The notes: generated by a model from the letters alone, not told the origin. Positions 9,001-17,759 are shown, counted from the first letter of the stretch. The stretch is 64,000 bases of DNA from Minisyncoccota bacterium (GCA_035546575.1 DASZWN010000001.1:49082-113081); one strand, 5' to 3'. Numbers and translations: made by a program.

Positions 9001-9901
9001 AAACGGTGAGAGGTGCGCTGTAATTAATTACAATAAGCCCGGGAGCGCCGGCTCCTCCGCGGCGGAGGGTGCCGGACGATGGAGCAAAAGCTCCGCCGCC
9101 GCCCGCGCCGTATGTGCCTCCCGCTCCTGCGTCTGCTGCGTATCCAGAACCGCCGCCTCCGCCGCCGGACCCGTACGCGGGTGAGGAAGAAAATTCAGTT
9201 CCTGCGTTTCCTGGGAAGGCGGCCCTGATGCCGCTTGTGATCCCGCCGGTGCCGCCTGCAGTGCCATCCCCTTGCCCGCCATTGGTGCTATTACCTGCCA
9301 CACCGGCGGCGCTTGGGCCGCCGGCACCGCCCCCTCCGCCGCCGGAAATAACCATGCCTGCCCCGCCTGCGCCACCGCTATTTTTTATTGAGCCGGTGCC
9401 TGACGCGACTCCTCCTGTAGCCGATCCTCCTGCTCCCGCGGCGCCCCCCCCGCCGCCTGTACCTGCGCCCCCCGCCCCTCCGCCTTTCGCACAGACGGAG
9501 GCAGCCGCGCAGGCGGCGCCGTTAAACCACGCATCTCCTCCTGCGGTTGCCCCGGAAGTTCCGCCGCCCGTGCCTCCGGCGGGAAGAAAATATGTCGCCG
9601 TCGATCCGCTGAGCGTTATGTTTACCGATTTTGAATATCCACCGCCGCCACCACCACCGCCCCTTCCCGTCGTGTTGCTGGCGACTCCGCCGCCGCCTCC
9701 TCCAGCCGCAATAACCTGCACCGTGTTGCTCGCATTGTTCCAGTCAGAAGGCACGGGCCAGGTTTGGTTTGACGCGCTTGTCGTAGTGAGATAGATCGGC
9801 CCCACTGGAAACGTAGGGGCGGCCATGACAAAGGGTGCGGGGCCTGCAAAAAATACCAAAAGCGCGAAATAGAAAAGAAACTTTTTAACGTAACTGTTCA
9901 T
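6065..9901 (-). CDS. Large secreted/surface protein with two glycine-rich domains, Calx-beta/Ig-like and Cys-rich segments
   Basis: 1278 aa, signal peptide, duplicated W.VPSDWN..NN..(Q/E)VI.GGGG module, C-terminal beta-sandwich ending IPNYQEI. Confidence 0.85.
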   Translation of the reverse strand: MNSYVKKFLFYFALLVFFAGPAPFVMAAPTFPVGPIYLTTTSASNQTWPVPSDWNNASNTVQVIAAGGGGGGVASNTTGRGGGGGGGGYSKSVNITLSGSTATYFLPAGGTGGGTSGATAGGDAWFNGAACAAASVCAKGGGAGGAGTGGGGGAAGAGGSATGGVASGTGSIKNSGGAGGAGMVISGGGGGGAGGPSAAGVAGNSTNGGQGDGTAGGTGGITSGIRAAFPGNAGTEFSSSPAYGSGGGGGGSGYAADAGAGGTYGAGGGGAFAPSSGTLRRGGAGAPGLIVINYSAPLTVSITAPTNSGNSCIGTPGAFTVTRNGPATWPAVSVDLVYGGSGSTAVVGTDYSAAPATVTIPANTMSVVVPITALQKTSGGSTTLKATIAASSAYSVGTPASATITINNGTPAIETVSPYAIAPFAAYPLPYNGYIYHQDGGWGYTNQFATPTSILNAWITNSPSPQLCGTNGGTAGISLPSDTAQGVCMGPNFSTTVAGTRVAVLQAVAQTAGIAPVNVGLDLTNVKKTNPCNTSTTHWAYATAPTQNTPAATLKVPKYTPVQFSYQCLPNQNYVWFGAACQGAYIISCLSWTLVTDGDLNVQTADRAWYKGTETANLIDSSTQTFSNSQSVTLQCGGYQPQEGIPANGGSPPAASSGTAPTGGSYTIYGMQNPSYRQPQIQVDVQTCSDPTAIVQGGVCVPCNTVTSGSYRSGNTCVLYPPPTATIQANNAGFQAADSSGNKNGKLVSVGVGQQVTVAATYAGSTNQTQKTVFITAAGSGVWTVPSDWNSANNSIEVIGGGGTSAFTGGRGGGGGGGAYSKKTNVSLTHGASVAYRVGQGAAQGNPASPGGDTFFNRTAGSSNTCVDTVSVCAKGGNSGNGNNGGAGGAVSGGVGTVKYAGGAGAYGDNNNSGNGGGAGGPNGNGQAGDSGGAGDAGLGGAGSGCGNPPAAGGNGAEWIATNVWNGSAYTGATPTAGSGGGGGCRSSIAAPGGNGGLYGGGGGSGGGSQSNEGVGAQGIIVIKYTSTGDPLEATAINCDSGCDSQDGNTVNCNLVAPPNPPAASDPNCWQKPDATKTYTFTPASADAGKAFVFSAQAKTFNYINYNGYATVQVKVCAVGQASDGNGGCVPDMCTNLPGFQTTVPSGCTGNPDNTCSVPSGYAFNGSACVPSTPSVPTLSANSFTATRVRLGGSSTLSWNIPGMANGISCSISPTPASGTAGGDITSLWNGSSNPFTGTATTQPITQPTKYTLTCTNNQDPPSTRSITVQLIPNYQEI

Positions 9902-9939
9902 GAGAAAATAGCTACTCCCCTATTGTACACTCCTTTTGT

Positions 9940-10401
9940 GTGCCCCCGCCTATTGTTTCCACACGGAGACAGTATACTTGTGCGGTGATCCTTACTCTTG
10001 CAGCACTCTCGGGTTTTCTGCTGATGCTGGCATTGCCGCCTTTTTCCGCTCCCCTTTTCTCCCTTATGGCGTTCGCGCCGATGGTCTTTGTCGCCGCGCG
10101 AAGGGCCCCCATCCCCGCAAAACACCTCTTCGTCGCGGGTTTTATTGCCGGCGCCCTGCCCGGCGGATCGCTCTCGTACTATATGTTAAGCGACTTCCCC
10201 TGGCCGGGGGACGCGCCGCTCGTGCTGGCATTCATCCACTGGAGCCCGGTGCTGTAGACGCTCCTTTTTTGGAGGAGTGGGCGGCACCACGCTCGTTTTG
10301 TACAATAAATTTCGTTTCAATTCTCCGGCCCTGAATGCGGCGCTCTTTGCGGGGATGTACCTGGTGTGCGAGCAGCTCGTACAACTGCTGTCGGGTCACT
10401 A
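9940..10401 (+). pseudogene. Degraded N-terminal fragment of an apolipoprotein N-acyltransferase-like gene
   Basis: LAALSGFLLMLALPPF...MAFAPM...GFIAG resembles the Lnt N-terminal TM region; stop at 10255-10257, continues in another frame (AALFAGMYLVCEQL), then truncated with no CN-hydrolase domain. Confidence 0.5.
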
Positions 10402-10530
10402 TTGCCGTCGCAAAAGTCTGTCTGGGCACCGCCTCGCGGCCCTGCAAGTGCAGGGCATCGCTCCGGCGTTCGATTCCTGTCGTGCGTCACTCAGGTGACA
10501 CACTCCAAGAGACAAAAACTTCGTTTTTTG
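10402..10530 (-). other. tRNA-trailer structured element, copy A
   Basis: Inverted copy of the tRNA 3' end plus hairpin CGCC-GGA-GCG-AT-GCCCTGC-ACTT-GCAGGGC-CGC-GA-GGCG and TTTTGC-GACG-GCAA; homologous to 60583-60760. Confidence 0.75.
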
Positions 10531-10602
10531 TCCTCTTGGCAGGAATCGAACCTGCATCGCCTCCTTCGGAGGGAGGCATCCTATCCATTGAACGACAAGA
10601 GG
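10531..10602 (-). tRNA. tRNA-Arg(CCG)
   Basis: CCTCTTGTCGTTCAATGGATAGGATG-CCTCC-CTCCGAA-GGAGG...GGTTCGATTCCTGCCAAGAGGA. Confidence 0.94.
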
Positions 10603-10615
10603 AGGCTAAGAGAGC

Positions 10616-10858
10616 TTAGGCCTTGAGTGCCCGCGCAACTTTTGCTTTGCGGCGAGCAGCAGTGTTTTTCTTGAGGAGGCCGTTTTTTGCAGCCTTGTCG
10701 ATTGCCTTGTAGGCAGCAGCGAGCGCTTTTGCATCGCCCTTCCCTGCCGAGCGTACAGCCTTAAGCGCGCCGCGGAGTGCGGTGCGTCGCGTGTCGTTGA
10801 ATGCCTTGCGGCGGCGTGACTGGCGGTGCGCCTTTTTTGCCGACTTCGTAATTGCCAT
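10616..10858 (-). CDS. rpsT: 30S ribosomal protein S20
   Basis: MAITKSAKKAHRQS...AYKAIDKAAKNGLLKKNTAARRK. Confidence 0.96.
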   Translation of the reverse strand: MAITKSAKKAHRQSRRRKAFNDTRRTALRGALKAVRSAGKGDAKALAAAYKAIDKAAKNGLLKKNTAARRKAKVARALKA

Positions 10859-10955
10859 GTGCGAGAGATAATAACCCGTAATTTGCATATATGCAAATCT
10901 GTCTCGGCGCCGAGACGGGTGGCGCCTTTTTCGCTACCCATCTATAGTTAGAGTA

Positions 10956-11546
10956 ATGATCGGCAAGCTTAGGGGCACATTCGCAGGCACGACGCACGAT
11001 GGCATGTGCATCATCGAGGTTGGCGGAGTGGGCTACGCGGTGCGGGTGCCCATTGCCTTCCTTGCAAACATGCGTGGGCAGAGTGGCGAGGTTTCTCTAT
11101 ATATACATACTGCCGTCAAAGAAGACGCAATTGACCTGTACGGCTTTTCCGATGGTGATGACCTTATATTCTTTAGACAACTCACCAGCGTCACCGGCAT
11201 TGGCCCTAAATCGGCGCTTAACGTGCTCAACCTTGCAGATGCAAAAACACTGAAGCGCTCTATTGCGAGCGGCGATACCTCCATGCTTACTAAAGTCTTT
11301 GGTATCGGCAAAAAGAGCGCCGAGCGCATCGTGGTTGAGCTGCGCGACAAGCTGCTGGAGGAGAGCACCTCGCGCGGCGAAACGGTTGGCGGTGGAGAGG
11401 ACGGCGAGGTTATCGAGGCGTTGATGGCGCTCGGTTACAGCGCTGGGGAGAGCCGAAAAGCAGTAAAAGAAATTCCTCCAGCCACTAAAAGCCTGCAGGA
11501 GCGGCTATCTGCAGCACTCAAATATTTGGGTTCAAACAACAAATAA
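10956..11546 (+). CDS. ruvA: Holliday junction branch migration protein RuvA
   Basis: MIGKLRG, VGGVGY, DLYGF, GIGPKSA, GIGKKSAERIVVELRDK, EALMALGY. Confidence 0.97.
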   Translation: MIGKLRGTFAGTTHDGMCIIEVGGVGYAVRVPIAFLANMRGQSGEVSLYIHTAVKEDAIDLYGFSDGDDLIFFRQLTSVTGIGPKSALNVLNLADAKTLKRSIASGDTSMLTKVFGIGKKSAERIVVELRDKLLEESTSRGETVGGGEDGEVIEALMALGYSAGESRKAVKEIPPATKSLQERLSAALKYLGSNNK

Positions 11547-11551
11547 ACAAG

Positions 11552-12799
11552 ATGAAAAAACTTCTGCGCAAATTACTCCCTGCTCCCCTGCTAGACGCGT
11601 ACCACCATACGTTGGCCGTAGGGGGCAGCCTGGTCTACCGTTTCCCCAGCAAAAAATTATTCGTGATCGCGGTAACCGGTACCAAAGGCAAGTCGAGCAC
11701 GGTTGAGCTTATCCGCAGCATACTTGTGGAGGCCGGGTACAATACTGCAGCTGCAAGCACGATTAGATTTTCAATAGGCAAAGAATCCGAGCCAAACCTG
11801 TTTAAAATGACCATGCCGGGGCGCTTTTTTCTGCAGCATTTTTTGCGCCGCGCCGTCGATGCCGGAGCCTCGCACGCGGTTATCGAGATGACGTCGGAGG
11901 GGGCGCGGCAATTTAGACATAAAGGTATCGAGTTGAACGCGCTCGTGTTTACTAACCTGCAGCCCGAGCACATTGAGAGCCATGGCAGTTTTGAAAAGTA
12001 TGCGGAGGCAAAACTCTCGCTTGCAAAACATCTCGAGGACTCGCCTAAGCGCCCTCGCTACATTGTTGCTAATGCCGACGATGCCTACGGAAAAAAGTTT
12101 CTTGATATCAATGTTGAGGTCAAAAAAACCTTTTCGCTTAAGGACGCCGAGCCCTATAGTGTCGACGATGCATCAGTGCGATTTGTATGGAAGCGCGAGT
12201 TATTAGGAGCTCCGCTGCCCGGTCTCTTTAATCTGCGCAATATCCTGGCGGCAGTAACACTTGCCGATGCGATGGAGGTTCCTATGCCGGTTATAAAGCG
12301 GGCACTTGCACATCATGCTCCTATTTCCGGCCGCGCGGAGCGAGTGGTAGCCGGACAGCCGTATGTAGTAGTAGTTGATTACGCACACACCCCGGACTCC
12401 CTCAAGGCATTGTACGAAACATACAGAGATCGACGCATTATTGCGGTACTCGGCTCAACCGGAGGCGGTAGAGACGCGTGGAAGCGAATCGAGATGGGCC
12501 GTATTGCCGACGAGTATGCGCATGTTGCAATCCTGACCAACGAAGACCCCTACGACGAGGACCCGCAGAACATAGTCGACGAGCTTGCAAAAGGATTCAC
12601 AAAAAAACGCCCCTTTGTTATTCTCGATCGTCGCAAAGCTATTCGTGAGGCGCTTCGCGAGGCCAAACCGACCGATGCGGTGCTTATCACAGGCAAAGGC
12701 ACCGACCCATACATCATGGGCCCACATGGCACTAAAGAGGTGTGGAGCGATAAAAAAGTTGCCGAAGAAGAACTCTCAAAGCTCGGCTACAAGGAGTGA
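11552..12799 (+). CDS. murE: Mur ligase, UDP-N-acetylmuramyl-tripeptide synthetase
   Basis: VTGTKGKSST, EMTSEG, FTNLQPEHIESH, VVDYAHTPDSL, TNEDP, ITGKG. Confidence 0.88.
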   Translation: MKKLLRKLLPAPLLDAYHHTLAVGGSLVYRFPSKKLFVIAVTGTKGKSSTVELIRSILVEAGYNTAAASTIRFSIGKESEPNLFKMTMPGRFFLQHFLRRAVDAGASHAVIEMTSEGARQFRHKGIELNALVFTNLQPEHIESHGSFEKYAEAKLSLAKHLEDSPKRPRYIVANADDAYGKKFLDINVEVKKTFSLKDAEPYSVDDASVRFVWKRELLGAPLPGLFNLRNILAAVTLADAMEVPMPVIKRALAHHAPISGRAERVVAGQPYVVVVDYAHTPDSLKALYETYRDRRIIAVLGSTGGGRDAWKRIEMGRIADEYAHVAILTNEDPYDEDPQNIVDELAKGFTKKRPFVILDRRKAIREALREAKPTDAVLITGKGTDPYIMGPHGTKEVWSDKKVAEEELSKLGYKE

Positions 12800-12811
12800 T
12801 AGAATGGAGAT

Positions 12812-13033
12812 ATGGCAGATGACGAATCAAAAGGCAGCCCGACAAAACTCTTATTCGAAATCTTAGGCGTGGTAGGAATTCTTGTCTTTCTTTGGTTTGC
12901 GACCGGCGCATATAAACATGCAGACTTGCGCGGCGTATTCCTTTCACCCCCGGCGCCGCTTGGCCCTGGCGGCTCATATGGGCCACAGGTAGGACAGCCG
13001 AACCCCAATTACACAAACACTAATCAAAACTAA
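12812..13033 (+). CDS. Small single-TM hypothetical protein
   Basis: 73 aa with one TM segment; TAGAAT box 6 nt before ATG; operon position. Confidence 0.65.
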   Translation: MADDESKGSPTKLLFEILGVVGILVFLWFATGAYKHADLRGVFLSPPAPLGPGGSYGPQVGQPNPNYTNTNQN

Positions 13034-13037
13034 TACT

Positions 13038-13436
13038 ATGCTTACCACATTCCCCGCTCTGCTTACCTACAGTTTCTTTGCTCCAACAATCTTGCGCTTT
13101 GCCGCGGCATTAGTGCTCGCTTATTTGGCGTACTACCACTACACACACAAGGAGGCGGTCGCTCGTACGCGCTTCCCTATCATGGGCGAGGGTATGTGGA
13201 TCGCTTGGCTTGCAATACTCGTTGAGGGGATCGTGGCACTGGGATTGTTACTGGGATATCACACGCAGATCAGCGCTATCATCGGCGCACTCATAGCTCT
13301 CAAGATTGCATTCTGGAGTGGCACATATCCAACCTTCTTTGTATTCTCGCGCAGCACTGGTTTTCTCCTTTTGGTTATTTGTCTTTCGCTTCTTATAAGC
13401 GGAGGCGGCGCACTTGCGTTTGATCTACCACTTTAG
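13038..13436 (+). CDS. DoxX-like membrane protein
   Basis: 4 TM, ILRF, E..VALGLLLG.HTQISA, C-terminal G.GALAFDLPL. Confidence 0.7.
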   Translation: MLTTFPALLTYSFFAPTILRFAAALVLAYLAYYHYTHKEAVARTRFPIMGEGMWIAWLAILVEGIVALGLLLGYHTQISAIIGALIALKIAFWSGTYPTFFVFSRSTGFLLLVICLSLLISGGGALAFDLPL

Positions 13437-13448
13437 TAGTACAGGAGT

Positions 13449-13916
13449 ATGAGCGCGCTCATACTCCACAATATTCGGAGTGTTCATAATGTTGGAAGCA
13501 TATTCCGCACCGCAGATGCCGCGGGTGTATCTAAGATTATTCTCTCGGGCTACACACCTACACCGCTGGATCGCTTTAACTTGCCCCGCAAAGACTTTAG
13601 CAAAGTGTCGCTCGGCGCCGAGAAGACTATCCCGTGGTCGCAAACAAAAACACTCGCCGCAGCTATTAAGCAGCTCAAAAAAGAAAATTATTTTATTGCC
13701 GCAGTAGAACAGGCAAAAAACTCCACTCCCCTATTCGATTTCAAAAAGCCAAAAGATAAACCCGTTGCTCTAGTACTAGGCAACGAGGTGCGCGGTATCT
13801 CAAAACAAGGTCTCAACATGTGCGATGCAATCCTAGAAATCCCAATGCACGGCAAAAAAGAATCCCTTAATGTTGCTGTCACTGCCGGGGTAGCGATGTT
13901 TACGCTGCTGCGCTAA
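13449..13916 (+). CDS. SPOUT (TrmH/SpoU) RNA methyltransferase
   Basis: NIRSVHNVGSIFRTADA, LGNEVRG, IPMHGKKESLNVAV. Confidence 0.93.
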   Translation: MSALILHNIRSVHNVGSIFRTADAAGVSKIILSGYTPTPLDRFNLPRKDFSKVSLGAEKTIPWSQTKTLAAAIKQLKKENYFIAAVEQAKNSTPLFDFKKPKDKPVALVLGNEVRGISKQGLNMCDAILEIPMHGKKESLNVAVTAGVAMFTLLR

Positions 13917-14325
13917 GGCGCTTAACTAGATCGGCCACTTTTACTTGTATAACGTCCATTATCTTTTCGTGGAACTCTAGGTCGGTGTCGGCCGCGTCGG
14001 GCACATTCCACACTTCCAACTTCTGGTCAGCTGCTAATAGGTAGTCAGGCAATTCCTCGCGTGTGTGGAGCGCAATTACTTTGTCGGCCCATAGGACCAT
14101 CTCGGGGGTGATCTGGTGCATCTGCTTTTGCGTCATATCAATGCCAACCTCCCCCATCGCGCGCACCACGGTTTTAGTGCGCAAGGTTATAGGCTTGCCC
14201 TCAAACTCGGGCGGCACATGCGTGCCAGCGCCGCGAGTCTCAATTTGTGGAGCGAGTACATTACAAAAAGCCTCGGCCATCTGGCTGCGCCCCACATTCG
14301 CCCGGCAGATAAAAAGCACATTCAT
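13900..14325 (-). CDS. LMW phosphatase / arsenate reductase family protein
   Basis: P-loop LFICRANVGRSQMAEA. Confidence 0.9.
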   Translation of the reverse strand: MNVLFICRANVGRSQMAEAFCNVLAPQIETRGAGTHVPPEFEGKPITLRTKTVVRAMGEVGIDMTQKQMHQITPEMVLWADKVIALHTREELPDYLLAADQKLEVWNVPDAADTDLEFHEKIMDVIQVKVADLVKRLSAAA

Positions 14326-14428
14326 GTGTACTTAGTATTGCAATATTAGGACGGGCTTACAAATAAAAGCTTTAAATAGTAGGACTATTTTGCTATAGTG
14401 CTGTCAAACGCCCCTTGGGGTGTGATAT

Positions 14429-14501
14429 GCGCCCATAGCTCAGTCGGTAGAGCGGCTCCCTTTTAAGGAGAAGGTCGATGGTTCGAATCCATCTGGGCGC
14501 A
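14429..14501 (+). tRNA. tRNA-Lys(TTT)
   Basis: GCGCCCATAGCTCAGTCGGTAGAGC..CTCC-CTTTTAA-GGAG..GGTTCGAATCC..GGGCGCA. Confidence 0.95.
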
Positions 14502-15059
14502 CTAGAGTTTTAGCGCAAAACGCTCAAGCAATAATTCAAGGTCTCCGGCTCCGCGGTGGCTGTCGTGATACATAAAGACAATTTGGCGACTGAGGTTAGT
14601 GTCCTTCATCTGTCGCGCCTTCCAAGCGAGGAGTCCTGCAAGCGCCTCCGGCTTTTCACCGGCGCGCAGCGCTTGTGTGAGACCGAGCCACAGCTTTTTT
14701 TTGTCTCGTGCGCCGAGCGCAAAGGTTACACCAAACGGGTCGAACCCCCATTCTTTTTTAGCAGTCTCAACTTTCTCAATCTTGCCGCCGGCTTTTGTAA
14801 CAATCTCTGTCTCGCGTTTGAGCAATTTTTCTTCTTCAAAGACAAACGTATGCTCCGACTCTGCGAGCGTCTCTGCCATATCTAGAAACTCGTCTGCTCT
14901 ATCGCCTGCTAATGCGCCCACAAACACAAACGTGCGCACCCCGCCAAACAGCGCCGGGGTTGAGGCAAGCGTGAGCATCTCCTCGACAGAGATACTCTCC
15001 CAGGCAAGATCCTCCGCACCCTTTTTCTTTTTTGCCTTTCCTACAGTAACAACAAGCAT
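14502..15059 (-). CDS. Hypothetical protein, probably a reduced DNA polymerase III delta subunit (HolA-like)
   Basis: LFGG motif, F.VT.ALGARDKKKLW and EKPEALAGLLAW resemble HolA domains; lies directly downstream of polA. Confidence 0.5.
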   Translation of the reverse strand: MLVVTVGKAKKKKGAEDLAWESISVEEMLTLASTPALFGGVRTFVFVGALAGDRADEFLDMAETLAESEHTFVFEEEKLLKRETEIVTKAGGKIEKVETAKKEWGFDPFGVTFALGARDKKKLWLGLTQALRAGEKPEALAGLLAWKARQMKDTNLSRQIVFMYHDSHRGAGDLELLLERFALKL

Positions 15060-15063
15060 AGGT

Positions 15064-17439
15064 TTATAGTTTTTCCATCTCGCCCCAATTTTTCCCTACT
15101 CGACCTTCTGCCAAAAACGGAATATGGCGGCGCTCCTCGGGCGCGACGATATTTTCCATAATGCCTTTTATTTTTGGAGCGAGTGCAGCCACTCTTCCCT
15201 CCTCTATCTCAAACACCAGCTCGTCGTGTACCTGGAGGAGCAAGTGTGCACCGTCATGCGCCTCTACATCTTTAAAATATTTAGTGATCTCAACCATTGC
15301 GAGTTTTACGATGTCGGCTTGGGTACCTTGCATGGGCGCATTAATGGCCATGCGCTCCGCTGCTGCGCGCACATACGGTATCGGCGACTTAATACCGTCA
15401 AAATATCTCCGGCGGCCAAAGAATGTTGTTACATAGCCCTGTTTTGCAGCAGTGGTTTTTATCTCATCAATATATTGAGCAAGCCGCGGAAACGCCTCAA
15501 AGTATTGGTTGTAGAACTCCTGCGCTTCGCTCCGTGTGGTACCGAGCGCCTGCTGCAAGGCTGTAACACCCATGCCGTAGAGAATTCCGAAGTTGATTAC
15601 CTTAGCGCGGCGGCGCTGTTCGTAGGAGACATCTTCTGCCCGCACATGGAACACGCGCGAGGCAACCTCGGTGTGCACGTCGCGGCCATCGATAAATGTT
15701 TGTGTCAGACCCTCATCTCCCGAGAGCCACGCCGCAATACGCAGTTCAATCTGACTGTAATCAAACGCTACTAACGTATAGCCTGTATCGGCGACAAACG
15801 CTTTGCGGATAGCGCGGCCAAGCTCGGTTTTGATAGGGATATTCTGGAGGCCCGGATTTTTAGTAGCGAGCCTGCCGGTTGCAGCGCCCATCTGGATAAA
15901 GGTGGTGTGTACCCGATCGTGCTCGTCGAGCAATGTCGGCAGGTTGTCGATATAGGTGCCGAGCAGTTTTGAGAGTTCGCGGTGAGCTAAGATATCGACC
16001 ACGATCGGGTGTTGCGCACGCATTTTCTCGAGTTCGCTCTCGCGGGTCGAGCGTGCGCCTGTTGCTGTCTTTTTTTGCTTTTCGGGCTTGAGACCGAGCT
16101 TGTCAAACAGTATTTCGCCCAGCTGTTTTGGCGAGTTGATATTAAACTCGACACCAGCCGCTTTATAAATACGTGTGGCAATTTTATTGAGCTCGGTGTG
16201 GTACTCCTTAGAAAGCTCCCTCAAAAACTTCTTGTCGATCTTTACACCGCGGCGCTCCATCGCGCGCAACACGGGCATCAGCGGCAGCTCTATCGCCTCG
16301 TACACAAAGGTCAGCTCTTTTTCTTTGATCTCTTTAAGGATTGTCTCTTTTGCTTCCTCAAACTTGCGGGCGCGGCCTGCACGATAGATATCCTCGAGCG
16401 TAGGCTCCGCAATATTGGAGTCGAGCACCGAGGTGGCAAGCGCAATCTTATTAAACTCGTCGTCGGGCACCTGCTCGATGTCTTCCATAAACAGCTCGTC
16501 CCCCGGGACAGGTTCGTCTTTGCTGCCACTGCCCGAAAAGAGCTCGCGCACGCGAGGAACCAGCGAGCGGAACTCAAACCGCGCAAGCAGATCGGAAATT
16601 CGCTTTTCGTCGAGACTTTCCCGCCAGGTCTTTTTAGGGAGAGTAAAATCTATGGGTGCCGCGCAATGAATGGTCGCGAGCTCTTTTGAAAACAGCGCGT
16701 CGTCTCTGCCGTTTTGGATCTTCTCGAGCATTGCGCCTTTTATGCCCGCTTCGGTAATTTTCTCTGGATATTTGTCGAGTGTTTTATACATCTGCTCTAC
16801 GGTGCCAAAGGTGCCCACCAGCGTCATCGCAGTCTTCTCCCCCACTCCTTTGATACCTGGAATATTATCGGACGGGTCGCCACGCAAACCCTTGTAGTCT
16901 GGGATCAGTTCTGGCCCAAAACCAAAGCGTTTGCGTACAGCCTCTTCGTCATAGAGCACAACGTCGGTCAAACCTGTGCGCATCGTAAACACCTGTACTT
17001 GTTCTCCGCGCACCAACTGGAGCGTGTCCATATCGCCCGATGCAATAACTATCTCAATATTTTTTTTCTTCTCGAGTTTTTTCGCAATAGTGCCCAAAAT
17101 ATCATCAGCCTCAAACCCCGAGAGCTCGTAGCGCGGGATCGCGAACGCATCGAGCACGTCGCGTGACTGGATAATCTGCGCAACCAGATCGTCGTCTGTC
17201 TTTTGCCTCGTCGCCTTGTACTGGTCGTACGCCAAATGACGATGTGTGGGGTCCGGCAGATCAAACGCCGCGATAATATAGTCCGGCTCAAGGTCGTTGA
17301 CTATCCTCAGCAAGATAGAAATAAGGCCGTAGAGTGCTCCTGTTGGTTCCCCCTTACTCGATGCAAAGTCCGGAATAGCGTGATACGCGCGATGCAAAAT
17401 GGCATGGGTGTCGAGTATCACAACGCGCTTTTTATCCAT
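15064..17439 (-). CDS. polA: DNA polymerase I
   Basis: 5'-3' exonuclease motifs (HRAYHA, EADD, GDPSDNIPG) plus polymerase motifs DYSQIELR, KVINFGILYG, LQVHDELVFE. Confidence 0.98.
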   Translation of the reverse strand: MDKKRVVILDTHAILHRAYHAIPDFASSKGEPTGALYGLISILLRIVNDLEPDYIIAAFDLPDPTHRHLAYDQYKATRQKTDDDLVAQIIQSRDVLDAFAIPRYELSGFEADDILGTIAKKLEKKKNIEIVIASGDMDTLQLVRGEQVQVFTMRTGLTDVVLYDEEAVRKRFGFGPELIPDYKGLRGDPSDNIPGIKGVGEKTAMTLVGTFGTVEQMYKTLDKYPEKITEAGIKGAMLEKIQNGRDDALFSKELATIHCAAPIDFTLPKKTWRESLDEKRISDLLARFEFRSLVPRVRELFSGSGSKDEPVPGDELFMEDIEQVPDDEFNKIALATSVLDSNIAEPTLEDIYRAGRARKFEEAKETILKEIKEKELTFVYEAIELPLMPVLRAMERRGVKIDKKFLRELSKEYHTELNKIATRIYKAAGVEFNINSPKQLGEILFDKLGLKPEKQKKTATGARSTRESELEKMRAQHPIVVDILAHRELSKLLGTYIDNLPTLLDEHDRVHTTFIQMGAATGRLATKNPGLQNIPIKTELGRAIRKAFVADTGYTLVAFDYSQIELRIAAWLSGDEGLTQTFIDGRDVHTEVASRVFHVRAEDVSYEQRRRAKVINFGILYGMGVTALQQALGTTRSEAQEFYNQYFEAFPRLAQYIDEIKTTAAKQGYVTTFFGRRRYFDGIKSPIPYVRAAAERMAINAPMQGTQADIVKLAMVEITKYFKDVEAHDGAHLLLQVHDELVFEIEEGRVAALAPKIKGIMENIVAPEERRHIPFLAEGRVGKNWGEMEKL

Positions 17440-17522
17440 GAGTGGATTTTAGCATGCCGGCATTCTTGATTTAGATGTTCTTTTGTGATGATATACCGAT
17501 AGAAACGGATTGGGAGAACCTC

Positions 17523-17759
17523 ATGAACAAAGAAGAGCTGCGCAACGTTGCAAGTGCCACCCTATCGGCGTTGGGCTTTATTGTCGGGTTTACGTGGGGC
17601 AACGCTATAACCCAGCACTGGAGTCTCGACCCGGTACTCGATTTTTTGTACGGACCGCGAGACACCGTGGCGGAGGTATACCAAAAACTCGAGAAGTACA
17701 GCCAGAATCCTTGCGCTCTACAAAGCTGCATCAACACCTCCAATTTTATTTGGCCGTAA
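17523..17759 (+). CDS. Small hypothetical protein, 1 TM
   Basis: GGAG SD before MNKEELR; followed by hairpin 17766-17786. Confidence 0.5.
   Translation: MNKEELRNVASATLSALGFIVGFTWGNAITQHWSLDPVLDFLYGPRDTVAEVYQKLEKYSQNPCALQSCINTSNFIWP

Noticed and set aside
9069-9794. Pro-rich 241-aa plus-strand ORF
   Set aside because: Antisense shadow of GGC/GGA Gly codons in the surface protein.
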